Assembly (NCBI RefSeq): GCF_018977255.1
Contig: NW_024704743.1
Coordinates: 67,644,001-67,708,000, forward strand
Origin: Callorhinchus milii
Taxonomy: Eukaryota
Reading direction: 5' to 3'
Length of the DNA: 64,000 nucleotides
Shown here: positions 49,347 to 61,143 of the stretch, one piece after another
Position numbering within the stretch: position 1 is the stretch's first letter
Layout of the letters: every line of letters begins with the position of its first letter
Position numbers and translations under genes: made by a program
The notes under the pieces: model-generated
Databases searched by the model: none
What the model was told of the DNA's origin: nothing
The model's input: the letters and a program-made list of their open reading frames with translations, nothing else

Positions 49347-50321
49347 AGTTTAAGGTTTACTGTCCCATTCAATAATGCATCTTATCAGTTTTCAAGAGAG
49401 ATCAGATGAAGAACCACCCACAGTCCATTTAATGTCATCGTTCCAGAATACCCACCCTACCATCTTCCCATTACAGCACCTTTCAAGAACCCTTGCATTC
49501 TGGCCTCAACCACCCTTCCTGGTAACTAATTTGATTCATTAGTTAGCATTTCGATAAAGAAAAACTTTCTGGTATCATTCTTGAAGTTGCCCTTTACAAC
49601 TCTAAACTTAAGTCACCTTGTTCTACTGTCTTATGAAAGTATTGTCCTGAGTTTACTTTCTCAATCCCATTTAAAATCTTACTCACCTTTACGAAGACGC
49701 CTCTGAGACGTCTCCTTTCAAGACTGAATAGCTCTGGCTTGACTAATCATTGCTCATAGCTCAGTTGTAAGGTTGGCAGTTTAAACTCCACTTCAGGGCT
49801 TTGAGCTGACAGTCTTAGCTGACAATCTAGCACAGTAATTGGTGAGTGCTGTTTCATCTGACGTTCTGTCCTTTAGATGAGATGCTAAAACTGAAAAAAC
49901 ATCTGCCTGTTCTCCAAGTGGACATTAAGGATGAATTGACACTATTCAAAAAGTGAATAGTGCAACATTGTGCCACATAAATTGATTGTTTACATTGTGG
50001 CTGCTTAGGGAGCTTTCCTGTGCGCAGATGGGTATTGTGGTTGGCTAGCAAATATAGAGTCACTGTACTCAATAATAATTACCTGTAAAGGAGATGTTTT
50101 CAACATTATAAATGCTGTATCAAATGCAAGGATTATGAACATGTTTCAGTTTGACGTTGCTTGAATGGATCAAAGAATTTATCCAGTGATTAGCTGAGCT
50201 GTAAAGAGTAGGAAAGTTTCAGTTACGAAACAAAGTTGTGCTGAGAGAGCTGATCACAGTTTGGGCATTTGACTTTAGCATCACTAGGCTAAGGAGGGGA
50301 AACTTAGCTTTCCCTCACTTC

Positions 50322-50880
50322 AATGGCTTGTTTCCACCACTACCTCTTCATCATGTCCAGGATGGCCTATTCTAACACCCTATTCACTGGATTCCCCAGC
50401 TCCTCCTTACATAAGCCGCAGACCATGTAGAACTCTGCACCCATGTCCTCTCAAACACCAAGCTCTGAGAGCATCACCCTCATCTTGGCTCCACTGGCTC
50501 TCCATTACCCAGCGGATCGAATTCAGGAACTTAGTCCTCATGGTCAAATCTCTCCACACTCTCTGCTACCTCCTGCAACTCATTATCCCGACCACTCCCT
50601 CTGCTCAGTGAACTCCAGCCTGCTTCACGTCCCCTGCCTGATCCTCCCCACCATCAGCGGTTTGCAGCCATTTTGATCCAGTCCTCTGGAACTCCCTCCA
50701 CCTCAGCCATTCCCCTACCCCCCACCTTTAAAGCCCAATTTTTCTTTTCAACCATGTATTTGGTCACTTTCCCACCCCTTTCTTCATTAGCTCAGGCTCT
50801 CATCTGGATGTGTGAAGCGCTCTGAGGCATCCTTGTAACGTAAAAGGTGCTCTGTAAATGTAAAATTGTTACTGATGTTG
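50322..50880 (+). mobile_element. Decayed L2 3' fragment
   Basis: CTCCACTGGCTC, CTCTGGAACTCCCTCC, and tail GAAGCGCTCTGAG...AAAGGTGCTCTGTAAATGTAA. Confidence 0.75.
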
Positions 50881-52095
50881 TTTCCTGGTCCTAATCGCTC
50901 TACCCCTGGAAGTGATTTCACATTTCTTCCAGAAGTAAAAACAGAGCATAAAGGTAGCTGAGGACATCATTATTAAGCAGAGTTCAAACGGTAAGCACTA
51001 AATGAACCAGGTAAGGAGAGCAAGTACTTTCCCAATTCAGATACAGCAGTAGCCTAATTAGGTAGTATTCTGACTGCAGGTATTACAGCGATGACAACAA
51101 CAAAAAATTATATTTGTATAGCACCTTTCACGTCAGGAGGACGTCCGAAAGCACTGGACAGTCGGGCTTTGTTCCAGCACTATTGGTTGATATCAATACT
51201 GCAATAAAATGAAAAATTCAATGAGGTTCCAGAATTATCCTTGTTTTAAAGGGGTGCGTTTCCTTACAGGTTCATTCCAAAACACATCTTCCCTTAAAAG
51301 CGGTTCTATATAATTTGAAAAATTCAGCAGCATATTCCAATTCTTTAGCTGAACCTGGTTGGACCAAAGCAGAATATACACAGAATGCAATTCATCATCA
51401 GGAGAAGCCATCCTTCAAAGCCTGAGACTTTTATTTTAGTGCATTATAGACACAGTCTATAACCATATGATGTTAACAAGCCATTGATTATAGGCGCCTC
51501 AAGCAACGCCATGAAAAATTAGGAGCTTCATTTCTGTTATTGCACTGGAAGAACGTATCATTTGCTCAAAGACAAGAGGAAGCTTGACCTCCTTTTACGT
51601 TCACTTTGATCCTGCACCAAATGTTATTGCTTGCAGCGGTGATAGAAACTGGTCTTATAGCAGCTTGATTGAATGAAAAGAACAATCTGATAAAAATCGG
51701 GATGGGTAGCAAAAAAAATACATCTACTAAAGCTTTGCACACTTCCACCCAGCACCTGTAAAACGGGCCCCTGGATGCATATGAATTAAACAGTTACCTG
51801 ATCTTTAATTTATAATCTGTACAATGGGGAGGAATGTGATCTAATGAGAGGCCTAGCAAGAGTAATTTTATTTTTCTCCCCAGGAAAAACACAAACCTCC
51901 AACATAATTGAAAATAAGGTAAATATGACATTTCATTAAAATGTAGGTCTGTTTAAGATCATTTCTTCAGGGAACAAGTTACTTGGTATTCAGCTTAGTC
52001 TAAGATAGAGTGTATTTGGCTATCAGCAGGTCTGTCAACTGATTCACTGGCATTCATGATACAGAATAATGATAATAATCCATATATTTGATATA

Positions 52096-52278
52096 TAGTG
52101 AAACTCTGATAACTGGCCTCTGGGAATATCCGTCAAACCCATATAACGAGTCACTCATTCAATATCCTAGCTATTCAAGTACTTTGTACTTTCTGGATAC
52201 TTTGGATAAGTAGTCAACTCTGATAGGTAGTCATTTGAGCTAATTCCCTTGGGATGACTAGTTATCAGAGTTTCACTA
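52096..52278. mobile_element. MITE (Tigger/pogo-like ends), 183 bp, inserted into a SINE tail
   Basis: Perfect 19-bp TIR TAGTGAAACTCTGATAACT / AGTTATCAGAGTTTCACTA. The flanks rejoin as a SINE tail (ATTTGATATA|..GACCTTCACGTCGG). Confidence 0.88.
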
Positions 52279-55200
52279 TGGTGACCTTCACGTCGGAAAG
52301 ATGCAGTGAAGCACTTTACAGGAATTATTGTATCCACTTATCCCAAGAGGAGAACCCTACTTTTCTCCAATATGTTTGTGTGAGTGTACATTACAATACA
52401 TAAAGTGATATAGCATGGAAAAAAGCTATTCTGCCCAAATAGTCAATATCACAGTTTATACTACACAACAGCTACTCACCCATTCTATTTCCCTCATCTA
52501 TACCCCTCTATTCTCATCCCCTCATGTATTATGTATTCTGATTCCAATTAACCTTATGATGTTAAGGTGATGGGAATGCAAGTAAAAATATTCTGTAAAA
52601 TCTTCACAGAGCTAGGATAGTGCGCTGTTACACTGAAAGTTTCTTTCTCCTTTCCATTTTATCTGAAATTGCAAGTTGCAAGCATCTGCTACTTATAACT
52701 TTACTGAAAGTCCAAAGCAACCCATAAATCTAATGGTTTCTACATTGAAAGGCCTATCTTATTTGAATTCAGTAACATGATTCAATTTTGTCCTATAATG
52801 TTGATTTGCAGTAGGAATCAGCAGACCAAAGAATAAAACTGAATAAAAATGCATCAGATATTCAATTTCAAAGGCAAGGATGTATTGTATGTAATCCCAA
52901 GAGTTATGATTAACAGTCTGAAGGTGGGCATTGCTATCTTTACTTTTTGTTTGTTTTACTTTGTACCTCTCAAACTGTCTGCTTTTTACAGTAAATGAGA
53001 GGAATAGCGCAAGCAATAGGCCAATAGCAGTGAGGATGGCCATATACACAAAACACACACCTTTGGGACATGAATATTTTAATTAAAAATATGCTATGAA
53101 AAGCAACAAGAAGTGACAGTGATGCATAAGTGCTCCGTAGCCTGAACTCATTCAACTAGATACATGAGACACAATGGATCAAAAGGGCTTCTTATGAGTT
53201 ACAAAAAAAATTCTGGCTGCTGTTCATTTGATCTTCACACGATTCACCCACAGAAAACATAATCACTGCACTTACAGTATATCCTATAAAGTGCTTTGGG
53301 ATGTCATCTTGACGTCAAAGGTACTATACCAAATATAAGCATTATTATTGTCAGGTGGAAATGAAAAGTGTTCTCCATTCTAAATAAGAATACTACAAAA
53401 TCATCAGTCAATCTTCTGACACAAATCCTAACTTGTTTTTTCTCCCCCTCCAATGCCCTGGTGGACAGAGATTCTTCCCATTCGGCTCCTATTAACTCTG
53501 CAAGTCAAACCCCCAAAAGGTGGGGTGAATTTACATGGACAAGCAGTGAAAAGCTTGGTTGTCACCAAAATGTGTGTTATACGCTTGGAATTGGATAAGC
53601 AGCGTGCGTTCTTCCAAGGAAACATTCTACATTCTATTCCAGACACAGGGAAATTTCCATGTATATGTGGCATACATATGTGGACATTTACACCTCTTTG
53701 ATGCCATTCACACTGAAAGCTGCTTTCTCAGATAACAAATGAATGAGGCTGACTGTGATAAATCTGTTCAACAGGGAACGCATTACACATTTCCATGCAG
53801 AGTTGGTATACATATATTTGGAACTCTCAGTCTGGTCTTGATACTCTTAAGCAGGTGATGGTGATTCACTTTCCAGCCAGGTCCATCCAACTCAGTAGAA
53901 CATTCACTCACACATACAACTCATTTCATAGTATATCCTATGAAGCACTTGAAACATTCTGCTGATGGAAAAGGCACTATTTCAAATGCAAGGATTATTA
54001 TAGGATAAACCATATGTAAGTAATGGGCTTTGAACTAACCACATAGAACCAAAGATTTATGGCACCGAAGAAGGCTATTTGGCCTACTATGTCTGTGCCA
54101 GTCCCCTCAAGAGTAACCTTTTCAATCCCATTTACCTGCCCTTTCCCCAAATCCCAGTAGCTGACTTTTTTAAGGTATTTATCTAGTTCTTTCTTGAGGC
54201 CCAAATGGATTCTGGCTCAATCACTGCTCCTGCCAGGACATTCCAGATCCTAACTTCACTGTGCATGAAAAAATTATCCTAACAACAGCAACAAATTACA
54301 TTGGTATAGAGCCTTTCAAGTTAGGATGATGTCCCAAGGCACTGGATAGTCAGGGATCCACACAAATTAGTAACCTCCCCATTTGCTGGTTTATTGGAAA
54401 TTAATGCCCTTAAATTGAACCACAAAAAGCTGACAGATCTCCCCAGAATTGTCCTTTGTCTAATTTAAACCTTTCTGGTTTTGATAGTCATGTCTTGTAA
54501 CAAGCTCAGAAGAGGTAAGGTGACTACGCAATTTAGATTCATACAGGTTGGTGAATAACAGATTAGCCAGGAATGTTGGACATTAACCAGGGATTGCAGC
54601 ATATGAGAGAGAGATGAATACAATACAAATTTTCATTTATATAGCACACTTCAGATTTGGAAGATGTTCCAAAGATCTGAAAGGATTTTTGATAAAAGAG
54701 AAAATGAAGTGTGTAAATGCTACAATATTTTATGGCATTTTTCTAAATGTTGGGAACAGGCAGGTAAATCACAATGGTCTTTTCTAGTCTTTTATATTTA
54801 TATTTTCCTATCAATCCATTGCTATTTTCCTGTTAAAATTGTCAGGTATCGCCAAAGTGATGGGAAATCTGGTCCTGGCACAGTACGTAAATTGTAAGGC
54901 ATGCAAGACGGTTGACAGATAAGAAACAACTGAGAGAATGTGACCAGGTAAGCATCTTTCCACTGACAGCTTGTCGATGAAGCAAATGATCAGCATACAT
55001 GAAAGAAAAGGTCAGACGCCAAACGTGTATTTAATAGGAAGCCAATCCATTCAAAAAATTGGAGACCTGACCTTTTGCACATTTAACCACTTAATTACGG
55101 AAGCTGCAATTTAGCTGCACTACAATTTCCCTTTGAAAGTTAGGACATTTCACATTCTTGAATGAGCACTTCAAATATGCTACTCAGCATAATAGTCTAC

Positions 55201-56471
55201 CAGCTCAATGAAATACAAAGTTTGAGAAGTATAACAAACTAATGTCAATTGATGGCTGTCAGCACAATACATCACAGTGTTCAGCTCTCTCTTGTATGCT
55301 GCAATCCCCAGTTAATGGGTTGTTTGTACAGTATTGTACGTTTTGTGTCGCAATGCTTTTGGGTGTAAAACGGAAGATGCTCAACATGTAATTTAAGAGC
55401 GTCCCCAAAACGATGTAACCACATGTGGTATACACTGGGGCACCAGCAGTGGAAGACAAAAGCACCCTAACAGGGTGTATGTTATGCGCCCACACATGTA
55501 TGCACTGCACACAGGTACATTCGCGTTGTCACTATCCCGCGGATGTGTGGACATTGCATGCGTTGTAAACTTGTCCACGTCCCCCATAAAGAGGGGAGCG
55601 ACAGAGAGGGGCAGACCCACCACATAACTACACCCTGCAAAGGACAGCAGAATCCCGAGGCTGGGACTCCAGTGTGTGCAGCGTCCCCACCATAAGGGGT
55701 TGGTCAGTTGTGTATTGTAATGGAATATTATGTGTTGGTTTTTCTTTTCTGTCATTTTCAATCCACGTGAAAATTTATCTTTTGTTCAGCAATTAATTTT
55801 TTTTAAGAAATAATCACAGGATGCATTTTTCACTCCAATGACTTCAAGTTCTGCCAATCTCTACTCAGCTGCTGCGGGAGAGGGTGATATAAACATTACT
55901 GTTTCTTGCCCTCACATTGTGGTTTGCATGCCTTGCTGTAGTTAGAAATTTTTAGGGTTTGAGAGCAAAATTAGTATGCAGTTAACCAGCGTTTTAAAAG
56001 AGAGATTTTAATCGTGAAGAAGCTTTTAGACAATCAATCCAATCTATTGATTAAATATGCCAATAAGCAGCAGGTGGGAATTTAACTGCAATTTCTCAAT
56101 TCCAAAAACACTGTATCTATCTGTGCCACTTATAATACAACGTGTTAAAATAAACAATCTGAAAATTTTCATCTTGATCCCTATTCAAAATGAAACCTGC
56201 TTTCTCAGATAACAAAAGAATGAGCCTGACTGAATCTAATCTGATCGATATAATAGACATCATTTACACATCATAAGCTCCAGATCAAGATCAGACTTCT
56301 CCTGGAAGATAGAGCATATTCCCTGCTTGTCTTTTTCATTATTTTCTTAAATTTTTCACTGTCAATGCACAAGAGGCTGATTAAACCCCACCAGTAACTC
56401 AATGTACAGTTTGGGATTCATAAGTCTTGACTCTTGCCAATCTGCGCCAAATTATCTCCAGAATTAAATAA

Positions 56472-57492
56472 GAACAACAACAACTTGCATTTATACAGCG
56501 CCCTCCTCGCAGGGTAGTATCTCAGAGCGTAAACAGTGGCAGACCTGACTCCGAGCCAAAGGGAAGGGGGAAGTGGCCGTAAGCACGGTCGAACAGGAAA
56601 GTTTTCAGGCGGCGCTTGAAAGAGGGGCGAGAGGGGGCAACGGAGGGATTGAGGGAGAGTGTTCCAGAGTTTTGGGGCCTACTGGCTGAAAGCGCAACCT
56701 CCGTTGGTGGGGCGGAGGGCGCGAGAGACGAACAGGAGGCCGATGCCAGTCGAGCGGAGGCTCTGAGTGGTGGATTGGGAGTGAGGAGGTCAGAGAGGTA
56801 TGGAGGTGCCAGGGAGTGAATGGATTTGAACACGATTGTGAGGATCTTGAAGTCAATCCGTTCGGTGATGGGGAGCCAGTGGAGCCTGGCCAGAACTGGT
56901 GAGATGTGGGTACGGAGTTTGGTCTGAGTCAGTATGTGGGCGGCAGAGTTCTGAATGAGCTGAAGCTTGTGAATGGTGGAGCTGGGGAGACCAACGAGAA
57001 GCGCATTGGAGTAATCCAAGAGGGAGGTGATAAATTCATGCACGAGGATTTTGGCAACATTTGGGGTAAGGTATGGTTGGAGGCGGGCAATGTGGCGGAG
57101 GTGGAAGAATGCTGTCCTGGTCAGGGCCCAGATGTGGAGGAGGAAGGACAGTTGGGGGTCGAACTGGATGCCTAGGTTCATTGAGTCTGAGGGAGAGCCC
57201 AGGAAGTTTGAGGAGTTTAGATCCACAGGAGTGAAGACATTGACGGGAGTCAAGGAGTATGGCTTCCGTTTTGTCCATATTCAGCTGCAGGAAGTTTACA
57301 CTCATCCAGGTCTTGATATCTGCCAGACAAGCTGATACAATATCGGCGGATCTGGAGTTGGTACTGGAGGAGGCAAAGTAAATTTGTGTGTCATCCACAT
57401 ACATGTGGAAGTTTACTCTGTGTCTGTGGATGACATCGCCCAGAGGGAGCATATAGATAAGGAAAAGAAGAAGCCCAAGGATGGAACCAGGG
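56472..57492 (-). mobile_element. L2 LINE 3' kilobase with type-3 tail (shorter type-3 pieces at about 46935-47097+ and 59486-59795-)
   Basis: ORFs 57036..57503 (PGSILGLLLF, HMYVDDTQIY) and 56522..57253 (LDYSNALL, LARLHWLP). Confidence 0.93.
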
Positions 57493-60400
57493 AGAGCATG
57501 CACATCTTATTCTAGATACAGAGAAATTTCTATGTTCAAGTGGCATACGTATGTGACTGGAGCGCTCAGTCTGGTTTGGATACTCTTAAGCATGGCAATG
57601 AGTTTACACATGTTAGACACCTGCCTGCCCCCAAAAAACAGTCAACAAGCAAAAGTGACACACCCAAAGATCCCACCATAAGCGGTTGGATCAGTTGCAC
57701 ATTGTAACGGATATTATGCATTGGTTTCTCTTTTCTGTTGCTGAAATTTTTCAATCCAAGTGAAAATATATACTTTATTAAGCAATGAAGATAATAGTAT
57801 TGATAAATATTTTGCTAAACAAAGTTCAATACATTTGTCTGAGTGAGGCCTTATTGGACTTCACCTTGTAAATCACTTACTTTGATGCTGTTGGGCACAT
57901 TTTCATGAAGATTGAATCTGTGCTAATTCATGAGTATGCCACTAGCAGCACTATGTGTGACTGTCAGATGGCAGCACTGACATTGGAAATCCACAGCACC
58001 AGCTTATACATTTGAAATCCAAGGATTTTTCATTTAATGTACAATAAAATCATGCATTCCGTACATGTAAAGAACCTTTGCAGCGACTTTAGCCTGATCT
58101 AAACAACAGTGGTGGAGTCTGCGAGCTGTGTATTAATAGCAGACGGCTTTGCTATTCGTCTTCTTTCTTGGCTCTCCTGTAGTTAGTTAGGAAACAACAA
58201 TTAGAGAATAAAGTCCCAAAAGGTTCCACGCATGGGCAAAGCACATGTCACAGATTCTCTTAAGCACATATGAAAACATCACTGCCGATGAGCATTTAGT
58301 TACCAGGAGTGGTACCAATGGCTGGCATTGGAAGATGATGTTAAATCGAGGTCCTGTCTGCCTGTTCAGGTGGACGTTAAAGATCCCATGGCAATATCTG
58401 AAAAGAAAAGGGAGTTTCTCCCACTGCCCTGGCCAACATTCCACCAAATAGAATGGTCATTCACTTCATGGCTTGTTATGGGACATAGCTATGTGCAAGC
58501 TAGCTGCCACATGCTTCTATAAATACAATCATCAAACTTTGCAGTTTAAAGGACTAACTGTAAAGTGTAGTGACTGTGTGTTTTGTTGGCAAATGCAGCA
58601 GCCAATTTGCGCAAAGCAATGTCCCATAAACAACCATGAATGACCAATTTTATTTGAGAGGATTATCTCAATAAGCACTTTGAGATATCCTTCTGACATA
58701 AAATATGCTATGTCAAATGCAAATATTATTTCTAAAATGAATAATATAATAATCCTTGTATTTGATTTTGCGCATTATCACGTCATCGAGATGCCTCAAA
58801 GTGCTTCACAAGTTTTGCTGGAAAGTGGATCGACTTCTGTATTTTATTGGCAGATGCAGCAGCCAATTATGCACAGCAGTGACCCACAAATAGCCATTAT
58901 TACTATTTTAGCAAAAATATAAGTGGCAGGATGTGTTTAGCTGTGGGTGACTCAGAGTAGCTGGCTACTTTTCTATATTATTGTTTAAACATGATGGTAA
59001 GATTGCAGTACTATAATGGAAACATATTTTGGATTCTCACATGTGTCAGACACTCAGCTGACAAAAAAAACATTTAAAATGACTCAAATCTGTAAATCAA
59101 TAATGGCACATAGGCACACTTCTCCATATCTTCCCCCTGTAGATCATCAGCTTCATGGTTTTCCTTCCTGTGACAGTATGCAATACAGGAATTCCCAATG
59201 GCCTGGATTACTTGGAGCTAATACTGAGCATTGCTCAAAACCAAGCCTGGTTGAAATCATGAATAATGTACCACATGAACAATTTTTCACAGTTTGTGCC
59301 TTAATGTCCTCCAGCAATATCCAAGCAACATCAAACACACTGAATCAGATTTGCGCTGATACACCATCTGTAACTTTACCATAGGGTGTTGTTTGGGTAT
59401 CAAAATATATTATGACTTTACAATCATTCAAATTGCACCACAAAGTCATGCATTTGCTTTGGTGCATTTCAAGCTGTTTTATTTACAACAACAACAATAA
59501 TTTGCACTTATATAGCGCCCTCCACAAAGGGCAGCGCCTCAGAGAGCTTAACAGTGGTGGAGCCTAACTCCGAGCCAGGGGGAGGAAGGGGGGTGGGGGT
59601 GGGGGTGGGTCGGTGGCCGTAAGCATGGTTGAAGAGGAAGGTTTTCACTCTCGACTTGAAAAGGGGAGAGACGGGGCAAGGCGGAAGGATTCAGAGAGAG
59701 TATTCCAGAGTTTTGGGGTGTAGTGTCTGAAAGCGCGACTTACAATGGTGGGGTGGTGGGTCCAAGGGACAAGCAGGAGGCAGGTGCCAGTCGAGTGGAG
59801 TAAACACCCTGAGGCTTGCAATAAATGAAGCAACATAATGGAACACAAGGAAGTACCAAGAAAATTCCCTGTGAGGATTTAATTTTTTCCTTCAAAACAA
59901 TTTCCATATGATGAATAAGACTAAGTAGCACAGCCAAAGCCTTTGTTTAGATAAAGCAGCTTTAAACTACTGTTCTAGTTATTATGAATGTTCAAGGGTA
60001 TTTTATGCTGGGATAGGCTGCAAAGAGCAGATCAAGGCATGCGATCAGTTAACAGACCATGGTATCTTGATATGTATGAATCAGTACCGGGTGTATATAG
60101 CCATTGACAATACTATAATGGGAAACAAGTGAGAGGTAATAGCTTCCACACAAAATATGAGGGAGGTAAAGACATAGAGAAAGTAAGATTTGTTTTGTCA
60201 ACTAGCAGAAACCAATCACCATCCTTAAGAATATCCAAACCAGCCTTAAAGTTCCATGCACGACACCTACACATGGAAATTCATGTGTTTGGAATGGAAT
60301 GTAAACTTTCTCCCCAGGGGTTGCACCCCTCAACCTAATTTATGTAAAGAATATTGGGGTACTGCTGGGATCGAACCAGCTAAAACCATACAGCTTGTGA

Positions 60401-60524
60401 TCGAAAGCACTCAAGAAAGTTAAAAAAATGCAAAAAAAATCACACCAGACAGAAGATGTATAGAAGTTGGCAAAAAGAATATTATTATTGCAATAATAAT
60501 TCTTGGATTTGATATAGCACCTTA

Positions 60525-61143
60525 CAACAACAACAACAACAACAAGATTTAATTTATAGAGCGCCTTTCACGTCGGGAGGACGTCCCAAGGCGCTGGACA
60601 GTTGAGTCGGGACCCGAGCAAGGGGGAAATGGTCAGGGTGAGGGGAGGGAAGGGAGGGGGCGAGGAGGGGGTAGAGAGTCGAGAGGGGAGCTGAAGGCAC
60701 GGTCAAAGAGAAAGGTCTTGAGACCGGCCTTGAAGGAGGAAAGGGAGGAGGCGGCGAAGGCACTGGGGGATGGAGTTCCAGAGCCTCGGGCTGAGAGGCT
60801 GAAGGCCCGGCCACCGATGGTAGGGCGGTTGGGGCGGGGGATGTGGAGCAGACCGGAGCCAGAGGAACGGAGGGTACGGGCAGGTATGTAGGGGGATAGT
60901 AGGTCGGAGAGATAGGAGGGAGCAAGGCCGTGAATGGCCTTGTAGGTGAGGATGAGGATCTTGAATTTGATCCTCTGGGGGATGGGGAGCCAGTGGAGGC
61001 GAGCGAGGGTGAGAGTGATGTGGTCGCGAAGCCTGGTGCGGGACAGTACACGAGCTGCAGAGTTCTGGATGACCTGCAGCTTGTGGAGGGAGGTGCTGGG
61101 AAGGCCGGCGAAGAGAGAGTTCCACAGTCCAGTCTTGAGGTGA
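60525..61143 (-). mobile_element. Young L2 3' fragment with type-1 tail, inserted into a SINE tail
   Basis: ORF 60633..61151 LHKLQVIQNSAARVL...LHWLPIPQRIKFKIL, CpG-rich, (AAC)n tail. The host SINE tail breaks at GATATAGCACCTTA and resumes near 61157 (CTTATCATATC). Confidence 0.94.

Noticed and set aside
51566..51748. ORF containing NNIW as the upstream CNTNAP2 exon (which ends ...GNIW)
   Set aside because: There is no GT donor after the Trp codon and no similarity to the expected WLQVD/TQG discoidin sequence. The exon is probably beyond the window.
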